From Gnetum montanum (Eukaryota > Plantae > Gnetophyta), in assembly GCA_015680685.1 (NCBI GenBank), contig MNCI01002112.1, positions 62,001 through 126,000 of the forward strand: a DNA stretch of 64,000 nt, in the 5' to 3' direction. The notes under the pieces were generated by a model that saw only the letters and a program-made list of their open reading frames with translations, was not told the DNA's origin and ran no database searches. This document shows positions 11,050 to 22,168 of the stretch, piece by piece. Position numbers and translations under genes: made by a program. Position 1 is the stretch's first letter. Each line of letters opens with the position of its first letter.

Positions 11050-14000
11050 TGGTCATGGGTTATCTTTGTTTGCATCTTTCTCGCTGCTCACCTCTTTGTC
11101 ATCAGCTTTTGCATCGCCTTCCCCTACGTCACCCTCTACCAGTTCTTCATTCCCTTCCTCTACGAGCCTTGCACCCTCATTTGGATCCTACATCATGGGA
11201 ATGAAGTAGTCAGCTAGGGCAACAAATGCAAGTTACAATAGAGCATAAGCACCAATATAGTAAAGTGACTAACTTGAGAAGGGCCTACGTTGATCTCAAA
11301 GGGTATCCAGTCTAAATTGAGCTTGAGGCGATGCCAAACCTCATCTGTTATGATGTCCATCCAACTCCTATTGCTAGGTTCAACATCTGCAGCAGCGGCT
11401 CTCTCCCTTTCCACGATCGTCCATTTTGGAGGTCTTGGGGATAAGGAGATGGTTGCAGTCTCTCCTATGGGAAGGTTCACTTTCAAGTCAAGAGATTTCT
11501 TAACCTTTACCTACTCTTTGAATTTGGTGTAGGCCTTAGAAGCATTGATGGCATTCATGAATGGTTCATACGTGAAGGCCTCCACAGCATAGCCTTTGTA
11601 TAGTTTTCGATGGGTATCATTCTCCAGCTTGTACATGTGTTTGTGGTTTCTCTGGGTTTGCCCCCATTCAAAAACCTTGGCACTAAAATATTTCATGTCT
11701 TAACACTTCTAGACTAGCAAGTCCATCTGCATTTGCTGTTCAATTATCTTGGGAGTGGATTCAATGTTCTAACGCATGATAGTCCAAAACCTAGCGTAGT
11801 CTTCTACAGCCATGCCCCAGTCCTCATTATTAGGATCACAGGTTACGAGGAACTCGATCCTCAACCTAAGATTCTCCACCTCAGTGACCAGGTCAACCTC
11901 TCTTTGCTTAGCCCTTTGGACTTGTTTTCACAGGTCCTGGTTGATGCACTTATACTCCCATAGGGAGTGTGCTCAGTGCAAGACACACTTGTAAGTCTCA
12001 TTGAACATGCGACGAGGAACCGTGGTCATGTTAGGTGAGAGTGTACGCACGATGCCAACTATCATATGTTGTGCTGGGTCCCATTTGAGCCAAGAGGCTA
12101 CCTTGACACAAAGAGCGTAGCAATTGCGTTAGCATAGAAAAATCAATAAACTCAAAATTTTTAGCATAACAACATAAGGACACTTAAAATCGCTACTTAC
12201 CCACATCAGGGTCCACCTACTGAAGATGTTTTATCATGTCATCGAAAAGTCCCTACATAAACGTAAACTTGTTAGAGATCTCAGCCCATGACTCCATGCG
12301 AATCGGAGGGGGTCCTGTAGCATCAACAGTAGCACCTATCACATGAGTAAGCATATCAGCAATGGCCATAATGGACTATGATAAGGCAGACATATCACCG
12401 AACTCACCAACGTTCGACTACGGTCTTTCTTCTTGCTGATGCAAGACAATGGTGGTAGCCTTGGTGGAAGGCCCTGCTAAGTCTACATGAGCCCCTTCCT
12501 CATGCGCTAGTGCCTTTCCTTTCAAGAGACCAACGCCTTTTTTATTCAAGGGAGATGCCTCTTCGTTAGTAGGAGGAGGCTCCCAATGACAAGAGCTCAT
12601 TTATTCTTGAATAGGACCTCTGTGTCTTTATTCATCACCCTCGTCCTAGGGGCTGACACTTCTTCATCACCTTCTTCTTCTTCTTCTTCTTCTTCCTCTG
12701 CTAGCAAAGAAGCATGTTTGCATCGGTCCAAAATAATTTAGGTCAAAGTAGATGCTACGCTATGCTACACCACCTAGTGCATCATAGCGTAGTAAACAAT
12801 AACAAAATAAGCATTACACAAAATCATTTACCAATGGGGGATTGCATCCTCTATAGCTTAAGCCATAGTCTTCATCCCTCCTCTTCCTCCATGCAAAGGG
12901 TTTCCCTAGCTAGGGGAGGCCTCTTCCTTTGCAACTCCTGGGGCATAGTCTTGACTATGAGATGTTTCCCTCATGTCACGGTACCGACTATAGCAAGGGG
13001 CGTCTCTTCTATGATGTCCTAGCCATGAATTTTTTGAGCCACCAGATCCTTGGTCGTTATAGAAAACGACTCTGCAATTATTTCTAGGGGATCTTGGGCT
13101 TGTGAGGTCTGGAGGATTTGGTGAATCCATGGCCTGGAAATCTCGTTGCAATTTTGCATGACCTAGAATCCATCCTCTTGAACTACCAGAAACTCTATGA
13201 AGTGCTTCAAATAGCCTATGTAGAAGGCATAGTGTATGTTGAAGCAGGACTCCATTTTTTGATGGAGTCCCAAAATCTCAACCTGCAAGAATTAACATAG
13301 GAAACTAGCCTAGTTGTAATGGGCCCCTTCTTCCATAACCTCCTACATTATCTAGGCCTACTCAAGCCCCAGGACCTTCCCTTGGGTAAGCAGTTGGGGG
13401 AATGTCTAAGCACGGAAGACAGGGTAAATCTCCATGATGGGTCTATCCCTTAGCTTATCCATGGGGAGCCCTTCTCACTCCTTAACAAGCCCCAACCACT
13501 CATGGATATCCTTCTTCTGAAGGGTCAAATCCTTCTTGCCCTTCAACCCTATGAGGACACCATTGGTAGGAACACTGAACAGGCCTGTAAACAGCTAGTC
13601 ATTGATTTCAATGACCACCTACATGTCCCGTATGTGCACGCGGAAGTGGCCCACCATTTTAGAGAAGGAGTTGACTAGGGAAAGCATCTTAGTGGTAGGA
13701 ACACTCATGATTGGGGCCATGAACAGATCCATAAGCCCCACATTTTGGACGTTCTGGACTAGGGAGTTTGAGGCCTCATGGTTTAGCCACCGCTGGCTCA
13801 CTTCTACTTCACTGTATTTGAAGTAGATGTTTTCCCCTGCGTCTCATGGATACTACTACCACCCCCTAGGGCTTCTTCACCACTGCAATAGTTTTCACAA
13901 AACATGCTTAGCATAACGATGCAAGAAATACAAGGATTGCAAAAAAAAACTTAAGCATGCAACACTTACTGTTTGACCCACTGGGCCTATCCAGTAACGA

Positions 14001-15422
14001 GAATAGCAAGAGTTCAACCAAAACTTTTTCAACCATGATCGGCTTGAAGGGTTCTATCCACTCCTCATCCAGCCAACCCTTCTCCTTGCACTGATTGTAG
14101 GAAACATGAAACATGCTTGGGTAGGTATGGTATTCTCCCCCACACTGACCGATCACACCCACCCGCAAGTTCTTAGCAGAAGAGAACTCTCGTAGGGCTA
14201 GCTATGCTATAGCCAACAGAACTGATCGATCATGAACCCCATCATCATTGATAAAGAACCTGGTAATAAACACATACTATTAGCATTCGGCCAATATGGC
14301 TAGCATTGCACAATGCAGCAGGGCAAGGCTACAAGACTCACCTGCCAGCACAATAGACAGTCCCCTGTGGGTTCTGAAAGCACACCACCATGTAACATGC
14401 AAGGAAAAATGTGTTGTAATGGTGGTAGCAGCTATATTCAGACATGTCCCAGATCCAGGCTAAATGCCTTAACGCTACTAAGCATTGGCTAGATCCCTCT
14501 CCCTACTTGCTCATGATTTTCTCATCAGTAAAAAATCTCAGAATTCCCTGACTTGCCCCAGGCAACATGGCTTCTGTTATGTTGGATTCTTCCTCCTCTT
14601 CTAGGGAAGACCAAATGATCACACTGAAGTCATCGAGAAGAAATTATAGAAAGCCTTGTACCCCTTTCCTAAACCAGATCCCTTGCTCTTCCATACATAT
14701 CTGGGGAGGAGGAGCGTTGGCCGTAGGTCTGCTCACATGGCACAAGACCCCTCTAATTTCCAAAACAATCATCCTGGGCCTCAACCCCGCCCTACACAAC
14801 ATAATCAACGAATGTTAGCATCATACCTAAGGGCAATACATGTGCAATGTAGCAGCACATAGCAGTTCATGCATATAGCATAGCATAGCCCTCTGCCTGC
14901 ACATAGCGTAGTAAGGGTGTGAAAGCCTAGCGTAGCAAGAACATGCAAAAAGCCTAGCGTGGCAACAAAATAATTGAGGAGATGCCCTAAAAAAACATGT
15001 ATCACATAGCTGCATCACACACGGCCTAACCCTCCTAAGGGTTTTACGTTACGACATGCAAAGGTCAAGCAACTTCAACTACCCCAACCTCAGTGGTTAT
15101 AGCGACTGCGACGGTGGTAGTTTCAGCAGCCTTCCATGCAACCCCAACGTAATGTTTATGCATCTTCCATGACCAAAACGGTGACATCTTCGATGTAAAT
15201 GACAAAATGACATGACCACAAAAAACATAGGTAGCTAAGAATGGAAGCAAAATAAGAGCAAAGAACAATAGAAAGCACAAAATGAAAAAGCAGAGGAAGC
15301 ATAGTAACCTACTGGGTCAACGGTGTGCTCTTCCATGCCACAATGCATGCTTGTGGCACACACCCTAGGGTCTTCTTCACCTCCTCAACCTTTGCAAGTG
15401 CCAGATCAATCTTAGGAGCCAT
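11050..15422 (-). pseudogene. Antisense ~7-exon cargo gene of copy B: NIF/FCP1-like pseudophosphatase + PMD-like domain + coiled coil + acidic tail
   Basis: Candidate start MAPKIDLA at 15422. GT-AG introns at 15312-14827 (tentative), 14341-14260, 13969-13883, 12831-12698, 12200-12098 and 11273-11188. The exon 2/3 splice is in frame (CAG-R-FFIND). Homologous exons occur in copies A, C, D and E. Confidence 0.8.
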
Positions 15423-16325
15423 TGTCCTGCTTGTAGATTCACACTCTTCACTGTAAAAACTCACCTCGCTAGTTGTTAACACAATTGCTTCGTGCTCCAA
15501 AATCGCCTTATGCTCCGATGTGGGCTTTGTGATCTTACGGTGAGAATGGAAAAATTGCTAGGATTTAACCCCTATTTATTTATGGTCATAATGATAAGAG
15601 GGGGAAAACTTGCCACTCTCTCTCTCCGATTAATGTAGAGCCCACCGTACAACATAGCATGCTCGCCACGACATTGTAGCACTGTTAGCATTAAAGCCTT
15701 GATAGGCTTCAAGCCAACTGTTTGCTTTCCCAAAAACAAAAAAATATATTTTTTTCGTTACAAGTCTGAAAAGACCTTAAACTAGTAATCTTGGCAATTG
15801 CAGCACGACTGGTCTGAAAAGACCCTAAACTAGCAGTTTTCAACGTGTTACATTCCCAGTATGCAATGACATTAAACTAACAACACCACATACTTACATG
15901 GGTGATTTTTGCATCTTCTTCCATATTGGTAGTGTTGTAATTTCTAGTAGTTTCATGTTTTCATGACAGCAGTTCGTATTTTCGCATTGATGGTTTGGCA
16001 CTCCTCATACCTACAGTTTCCTATTTCGCATACTATCATTTTGCATGTTACAATTTGGCAGTCTGAAAATGACACTAAACTAGTAGCTTGGCATTTTCAT
16101 ATCAAAAATCTCATAGCTTCACACTTTGCATCAGCAATTTTACACCTTTAGCAGTTCTACGCTCTTGTGTCTTAGTGGTCCGCCATGACCCTAAACTAGA
16201 AAACTTTCAATCTTTACATCATCACACTTCACAAGTTGCATTTCGTCGCTGCTTTGCAAACTTTCATCACACACAATCTCTATCAAAAGAAGCATCTTAA
16301 CCAGGATTTTATTTTATGTTGGCAG

Positions 16326-19300
16326 GTCGAGCAAGAGATTGAAATCCATCGCGACCTTTCCATGCCTTTAACGTTAGCAAGGCCATAGGGTAGGCATGCG
16401 AGATAGTTGAACCCCAACATGATCGACTAGGGATTGACCATAACTAACACTATAGCAGCCTTAGAAGCATCCCTAGACTGGCCCAAGCATCTAGCCCAAG
16501 CCCTAGACTTAGAGGCCAAGGACCCTCTCGTCGAGATGCCTATGACCATGTTAAAGGGGGAGGTGAAAACGTTAAGACTCAGCTCCCTCCTAGACACAAA
16601 AATGCACAAAAGCGTAGCCAAGATTCTGCAAGACAACATCGATGTCTTCACATGGTCATACAATGACATGATGGGTTTGGATCTACAGCTGATTCAGCAC
16701 AACATCATCCTAGACCCATACAAGAAGGTAGTCAAGTAGAAGGCTTACAAAGTTAAGCAAGAAATCACACTAGCCATGAGGGATGAAATCACCAAGCTAT
16801 ACCAAGAAACTTTCATTTGCGTGGTTGACTATTCAAAGTGGGTGTCCAACGTCATTGTGGTTTCGAGGAAAACAGTAGGAATACAGATCTGTATAGACTT
16901 CTGGGACTTGAACAAAGCAATGATCAAGGATAACTTCCCACTTCTAAGAATCGATCAGCTCATTCATACCATGTCTGGACATGCCCTACTATCCTTCATG
17001 GATGGTTTCTCCGGATACAACCAAATCTGCATTAACCCATAGAATCAACTGTCAAAAACCTTCATGATCCCATGGGGGATCTTCAGCTACACGATCATGC
17101 CCTTCGGGCTCAAGAATGTTGGAGCAACCTACTAGCGAGCCATGAATTACATTTTCAGTGACTACATCCTAGGAACATTAAACGACTATGTGTATGATAT
17201 AGCGGTTAAGTCCAAGGAGGTAGCTAATCACCCATGCGATCTAGGGGTAGTTCTCAAATGTTTCCAAATGCACAACTTACATCTCAATCCTAAGAAGTGA
17301 ATTTTCAAGGTAAAAACTGGACACATGTTAGGGTTCATGGTATCAGAGGCTAGAATATGGGTGAACCCTGACAAAGTCAAGGCTATTTTCAACTTGGTGC
17401 CTCCCACGAACCTTAAGGAGCTACGTGGTTTGCAAGGTAGAGTGCAATTCATTTGAAGGTTCATAGCAAGGTTGACCAACAAGTTACATCCCATGCAACA
17501 TCTTCTAAAGAAAGGGGTTAACTTTGAATGAAAAAACTAGTGTCAACAAGCCTTCGATGACCTAAAGAAGGAACTCTCACACCTCTCGACTATGCATCCG
17601 CCACAAAGGAATAAACCCTTCTTTTTCTACCTTGCCACCTCCGACACATCTATAGCAGCATAGCTATGTCAGAAGCGAGACAACGGTTCTGAGATACCAG
17701 TGTATTATCTGAGCCATGCATTAATAGCGTACAAGGAAAAAATACAACGAAGTGGAGAGGAATTACCTTGCCTTAGTGTTCACACTAAAAAAGTGGAGGC
17801 ATTACCTATTTCGTGATACAACCAACATCATTTGCAAAAGCAATATACTTCGGGCTATCACTAACAACCTATAGGAAAGTAGCAGGATAGCCCGATGGAA
17901 GGTAATAACCATGGAGTTCAATTTATGCTATGTAAGTCAATCGTCAACAAAGGTTCAACCATAGAGACCTAGCTCACAGCCTCAGCCATTGATGACCAGG
18001 CAACCATAGACCCCGAATTCCTGAACAAATATGTTAGTAATGTCAACATCATCCCATCACATTTCAAAGCCACTTTACACTTCGAAGACGCCTCAACCAT
18101 GTGAGGGGGGTAGCACCGTTGTTGTCATAACATTCCACTCTAGGGAAATGCATCCATTCGATTATTGTTTTACATTCCCTTGCACCAACAACGTGGCAGA
18201 ATACGAAGGGCTACTCAGAGGCCTCTTAACTACCCGAGCATCATGCATACAACACCTGGTGATCCAGGGAGATTCATAACTAATCGTGAATCAAATCACC
18301 GAGGTCTACGCTTGCAAGGCTATGCACCTGCAACCCTATTGTGACCTAGCAAACATCCTGCTTAAGCAATTTGTAGCCACAAATGCCTTAGCTACCCTTG
18401 CATTAAACATTTCATCACATTCCTTGGAAAACTTGCCAACATCGATTATAGAATGCATAGAGCCTATCACTCAGGTAGAACATGTGGCCTTTGTCAGTGC
18501 TGCGGATACCCAGGAGTGGTATGCCAACATCAAAACTTATCTACAACATGGCAAATCCCTAAGTGGATTGACATCTGCCCAGAGAGATGCAATCTGTAAG
18601 TGTGCCCAGCAATATGTGCTCATGGTAAATGATGCCCTATGTCGGCGCCCCTATTGTTGGCATGTGTGGGTGGCGAGCAAGCACAAAAGGTAGTTAATGA
18701 AGTGCATGAGGGTCTGTGCACTGGACACATAGCACCGAGGGCTATGGCTGCAAAAATCAACACCTAGGGTACTACTGGCCCCACATGGAGTGTGACTGCC
18801 TATCAAAAGTCAAGATGTGCAACACATGTCAGAGATACACATATCTCATACACGTAGCACCTATGGTCCTATACCCAACATAAATCATGTGGCCCTTCCA
18901 ACAATGGGGACTAGACCTCATAGGGCTTATCATGCCTATATCCTCCACAGGGCATAGTTTCATTATCACCTCCATTGAGTACTTTACCAAGTGGGTGGAA
19001 GCTATCCCCCTGAGGAAGACGACGTCTCCGCAAATCTTCCATTTCATCCTAGAAAACATCAGAATAAGATTTGGACATCCAATAACTATTGTGACCGAAA
19101 ATGGGCCACAGTTCAGTAGTACGAAAACTTGAACCTTCTAGAAAAATCTAGGCATTAAGCAATTATTCTCCTCCCTGTATTATCCATCAGCGAATGGGTA
19201 GGCAGAGGCTACAAATAAGTCCATCATCAACTTGCTGAAGCGGATGCTTAACAATAGTAAGAGATGGTCGCACAAGTAGATCCTATATGTCCTATGGGCT

Positions 19301-19747
19301 TATCAAATGATGTGTAGGACCGCAACAAGTAAAACCCCTTATAGCCTTAGCTATGGATTTGAAGCTATGTTGCCTCTTAAGTTGCAGGTACCATCACTCT
19401 AGATGATCTTGTCCAACATCGTGAGCGAAGCCTAGAACAATGAGTCGCGGATCATCAACCTCGATTCAATAGAGGAGGAGCATGCGTAGATGCTGAGACA
19501 CATCAAGCACTACCAAAGCAAGTAGCAATAGAAGAACCATGAAGAACTACATCAACGACCAGTGCAGAAGGGAGACCTTGTTCTCAAGGCTGTCCGTGAG
19601 CACGTGAGCAAATTATCGGCTAGCTAGGAAGGTCCTTACTTGATCACTAAATCCTTTGGGAATAGAGCCTTTAAGCTGGTGGACATGGATGGCAACAAGT
19701 TCACCAACCCCATGAATCACTCATACCTTAAGTTTTCCTACATCTGA
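16326..19747 (+). pseudogene. pol: Degenerate pol: RT-RNase H-additional (archaeal-type) RNase H-integrase (copy B)
   Basis: RT: DVFTWSY, KDNFPL, LSFMDGFSGYNQI, MPFGLKNVGAT, YVYD (mutated YVDD). aRH: CTNNVAEYEGL...IQGDS. INT: WPFQQWGLDLIG, FTKWVEA, ENGPQF, EGPY. Stop at 19745-19747; no chromodomain seen. Confidence 0.93.
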
Positions 19748-19779
19748 AGCACAACGGCAGCCACCACCATCCACTACGA

Positions 19780-20020
19780 CAATAAATTGGCAATCACACC
19801 AAGCAGCGTCCGCAATGACGATAAACTAGCGGCATGGAGTAGTGTCCACGATGATGATAAACTATTGGCATTGGGCACCATATGCCATGATGTAAAACTA
19901 GCATGCCCTATCTGCTACGATGATAAACTGGCACATACGATTTGTTAGGATCTTAAACCAGCACAACGGTCCACTAGGACCTTAAACTAGCACACGGTTT
20001 ACCAAGACCTTAAACTGGGT
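19780..20020 (+). repeat. 3' UTR short tandem repeats (~29-38 bp) with a TAAACT(A/G)G core
   Basis: About 8 recurrences of (GA/CT)TAAACTRGCA between 19782 and 20019. Confidence 0.75.
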
Positions 20021-20408
20021 TCGTGTCACATCCCCAGCATGTATCTACACCAAGTACACATCAAATGAACATGCACAGTGCTGACGTGTGGGTGGGGCAT
20101 TGTAGCTCCAAAGTGCAGCTCATGATGCAATGGGGACATGCCCTGGAACATGTGCAATGCTGCCACCCTTGGCATTATGTTGACCCTCCAGAGATGTCGT
20201 ATGACATTACACTGGCCCACCCTGATGGTAGTTCCTTAGCTAGTTCCTACAACTAGAGTTCCAATAGTATTGTGGTCTAGCCACAATATTGTTACTCTCC
20301 AGCCCCCTACCAACTTCTTGGCTCAGACGACATTTAGCTATGTGGTAGCTGATCCAATTGTTGAACTAGGAATGCATTCCTTTGGCAGATATTCCAGAGC
20401 ATCTGCAC

Positions 20409-22145
20409 TGAAACACCCTACAAGAAAAATGCAGGGTCATCCTGGCTTCACTAGGCTCTTGTAGTCTGCATAGCACCATGGTAGTTCATTAGGAGAGGAG
20501 CATTCTGAGTCGAGAACGGCTAGTTTGGTAAATTTTCTACTTTAGGCATGAACGGGTTCCATACCAACCCGCTTGCCCACCATAGTAGTATGAACAGCCG
20601 GCAGCCTACTTAGAAGTAGTGTCCAGAATCGACGGTAGTACCCCAGCTGCACAAGAAAAACATTTCGGCAAATTTTCTAAATCATAAAGCCTGCTACGCT
20701 ACGCTACGATATGTAGCATAGTAAGCTTTAGAAAACAATGGTAGAACAAGATGTTATGCTACACGATGACATATAGCGTAGCATAGCAACAACTTCACTA
20801 CTCACTCCCCTTGCCCAATCTTGAGTTCTGCGGTGATGTCTCTTTTCGTCAGGAAGTGGCAGATCATGTCTACTGCTACCCTATGCTGAGCTAGATGGTG
20901 TAGCAAGGCGTAGCAATCCAACAAAAAGGGACAAAATACAGTTCAAAAGGCAAAATTAGCAAAGTTCACAAAACTTGCATCATGGAAAAATAGGTTGAAA
21001 ATCAGCAAAACTGTCACGATTAAGGCCAGTCGCTATGCTATGCTACGTAACGTAGCATCGCATAGCAAGTATGTGACGTACGACAGGATGTGCGGACAAG
21101 TGCTACGCCATGCGAAGCAACCCATGTCACAAAGCACAATGCGACATGTATGTGGCCATGCGACATCAATGCACTCCACCTAATCAGACCATTGGCACAC
21201 TCCTCTAGGAGCTGACGACATAGTCACGATGTAGTAGGATCGCAGTTATTACTCACATCGTAATGGTCTTGTAAGTCGAATGGTTACAAACGGCTCAAGT
21301 AACGCTAGTGACGTGGTGCAAGTCTGCGGCACATAGTATTCAAACAGTCACCTTTGCTTACATTCAGCCCTATAAATAGTGCATCAAACAGCACATAAAG
21401 AGGTCCAGAAAAAAAATTAAAAAATATTCTTGGCTAAAAAAAAGAGAAAGATACCTGCAATCTCGCAAAAAAGAAAAGAAAAGGAAAAGCCAGTAATCTA
21501 TAAAGGAACCTCTCTCGACTAGCATAAAGCCTGGGGCTTCGTTCTACCACCTTGGTAGGATCCCGCCTGCATTGTATATATGTAAAGCCTGTGCCCAAGT
21601 GCGTAGCTATTTCTATTTCTTGACACGCCTTGGTTACCCTCGAAACTTCTGCACTCTATCACGCTGTGCAACCGATTGTATCCACCCTGACCAGACGGAT
21701 TTGTAGCTCTGAAGTGGTGCATGTTCTTAACTGTATCTTATGTTACCTCTTATTTACTATCCAGATTTCTTATATTATTTTCTATCTTATTTACCTTCAA
21801 GCATCATCTTGTATTACTACCACACTTAGGTTTCTCATGCTCGGCATTACTTTCGCATTGCCATCGTATCTCTATTTTATTCATTATTTCACATTATTAT
21901 TGCATTTTTTTAGTCCCTTTCTTTTCTCGCTCTATCTACCTGTAAGCACTATCTCGCAACTCGTACAATTTATATTGAAAAAGGCTATATTAACGTCGAT
22001 GTAAGTCCTATCTAATTGACCAGACTATTCAAGGCACCCTGTGTTCGCACACACCCAGCACCGTCCTCCCATGGGCACAAGGTTGGAACTGTTGTGTCTG
22101 CCGACCTCGGCGTTCATCCAGCCGTTGATGTTTTCAGTCACTATA
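20409..22145 (+). repeat. 5' LTR of copy C
   Basis: TGAAACACCC start, TATAAA at 21371, end CACTATA (CA>TA), then PBS TGGTGCTAGAAGGAGGG at 22152-22168. Confidence 0.85.
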
Positions 22146-22151
22146 GTTTTA

Positions 22152-22168
22152 TGGTGCTAGAAGGAGGG
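22152..22168 (+). promoter_or_regulatory. PBS, tRNA-Asn type (copy C)
   Basis: TGGTGCTAGAAGGAGGG located 6 nt after the LTR end. Confidence 0.8.

Larger units (their letters stand above)
4532..20020 (+). mobile_element. Tat-type gypsy element, copy B (most complete: 5'LTR-PBS-gag-PR-[antisense gene]-RT-RH-aRH-INT-3'UTR; no 3' LTR seen)
   Basis: All domains are recognisable in order, with many TGG/CAG/CGA-to-stop changes. An assembly join at N7033 means the 5' part may come from a different copy. Confidence 0.9.

Noticed and set aside
11050-15422. Antisense gene as a resident host gene or an independent nested insertion
   Set aside because: It is present at the same position and orientation in five element copies and has no termini of its own.
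19560-19747. Chromodomain at the integrase C-terminus
   Set aside because: The ORF ends shortly after the GPY motif, with no chromodomain residues.
4532-22145. LTRs at 4532 and 20409 as the 5'/3' pair of one element
   Set aside because: They are clearly divergent by eye, no PPT precedes 20409, and the second is followed by its own PBS and gag.
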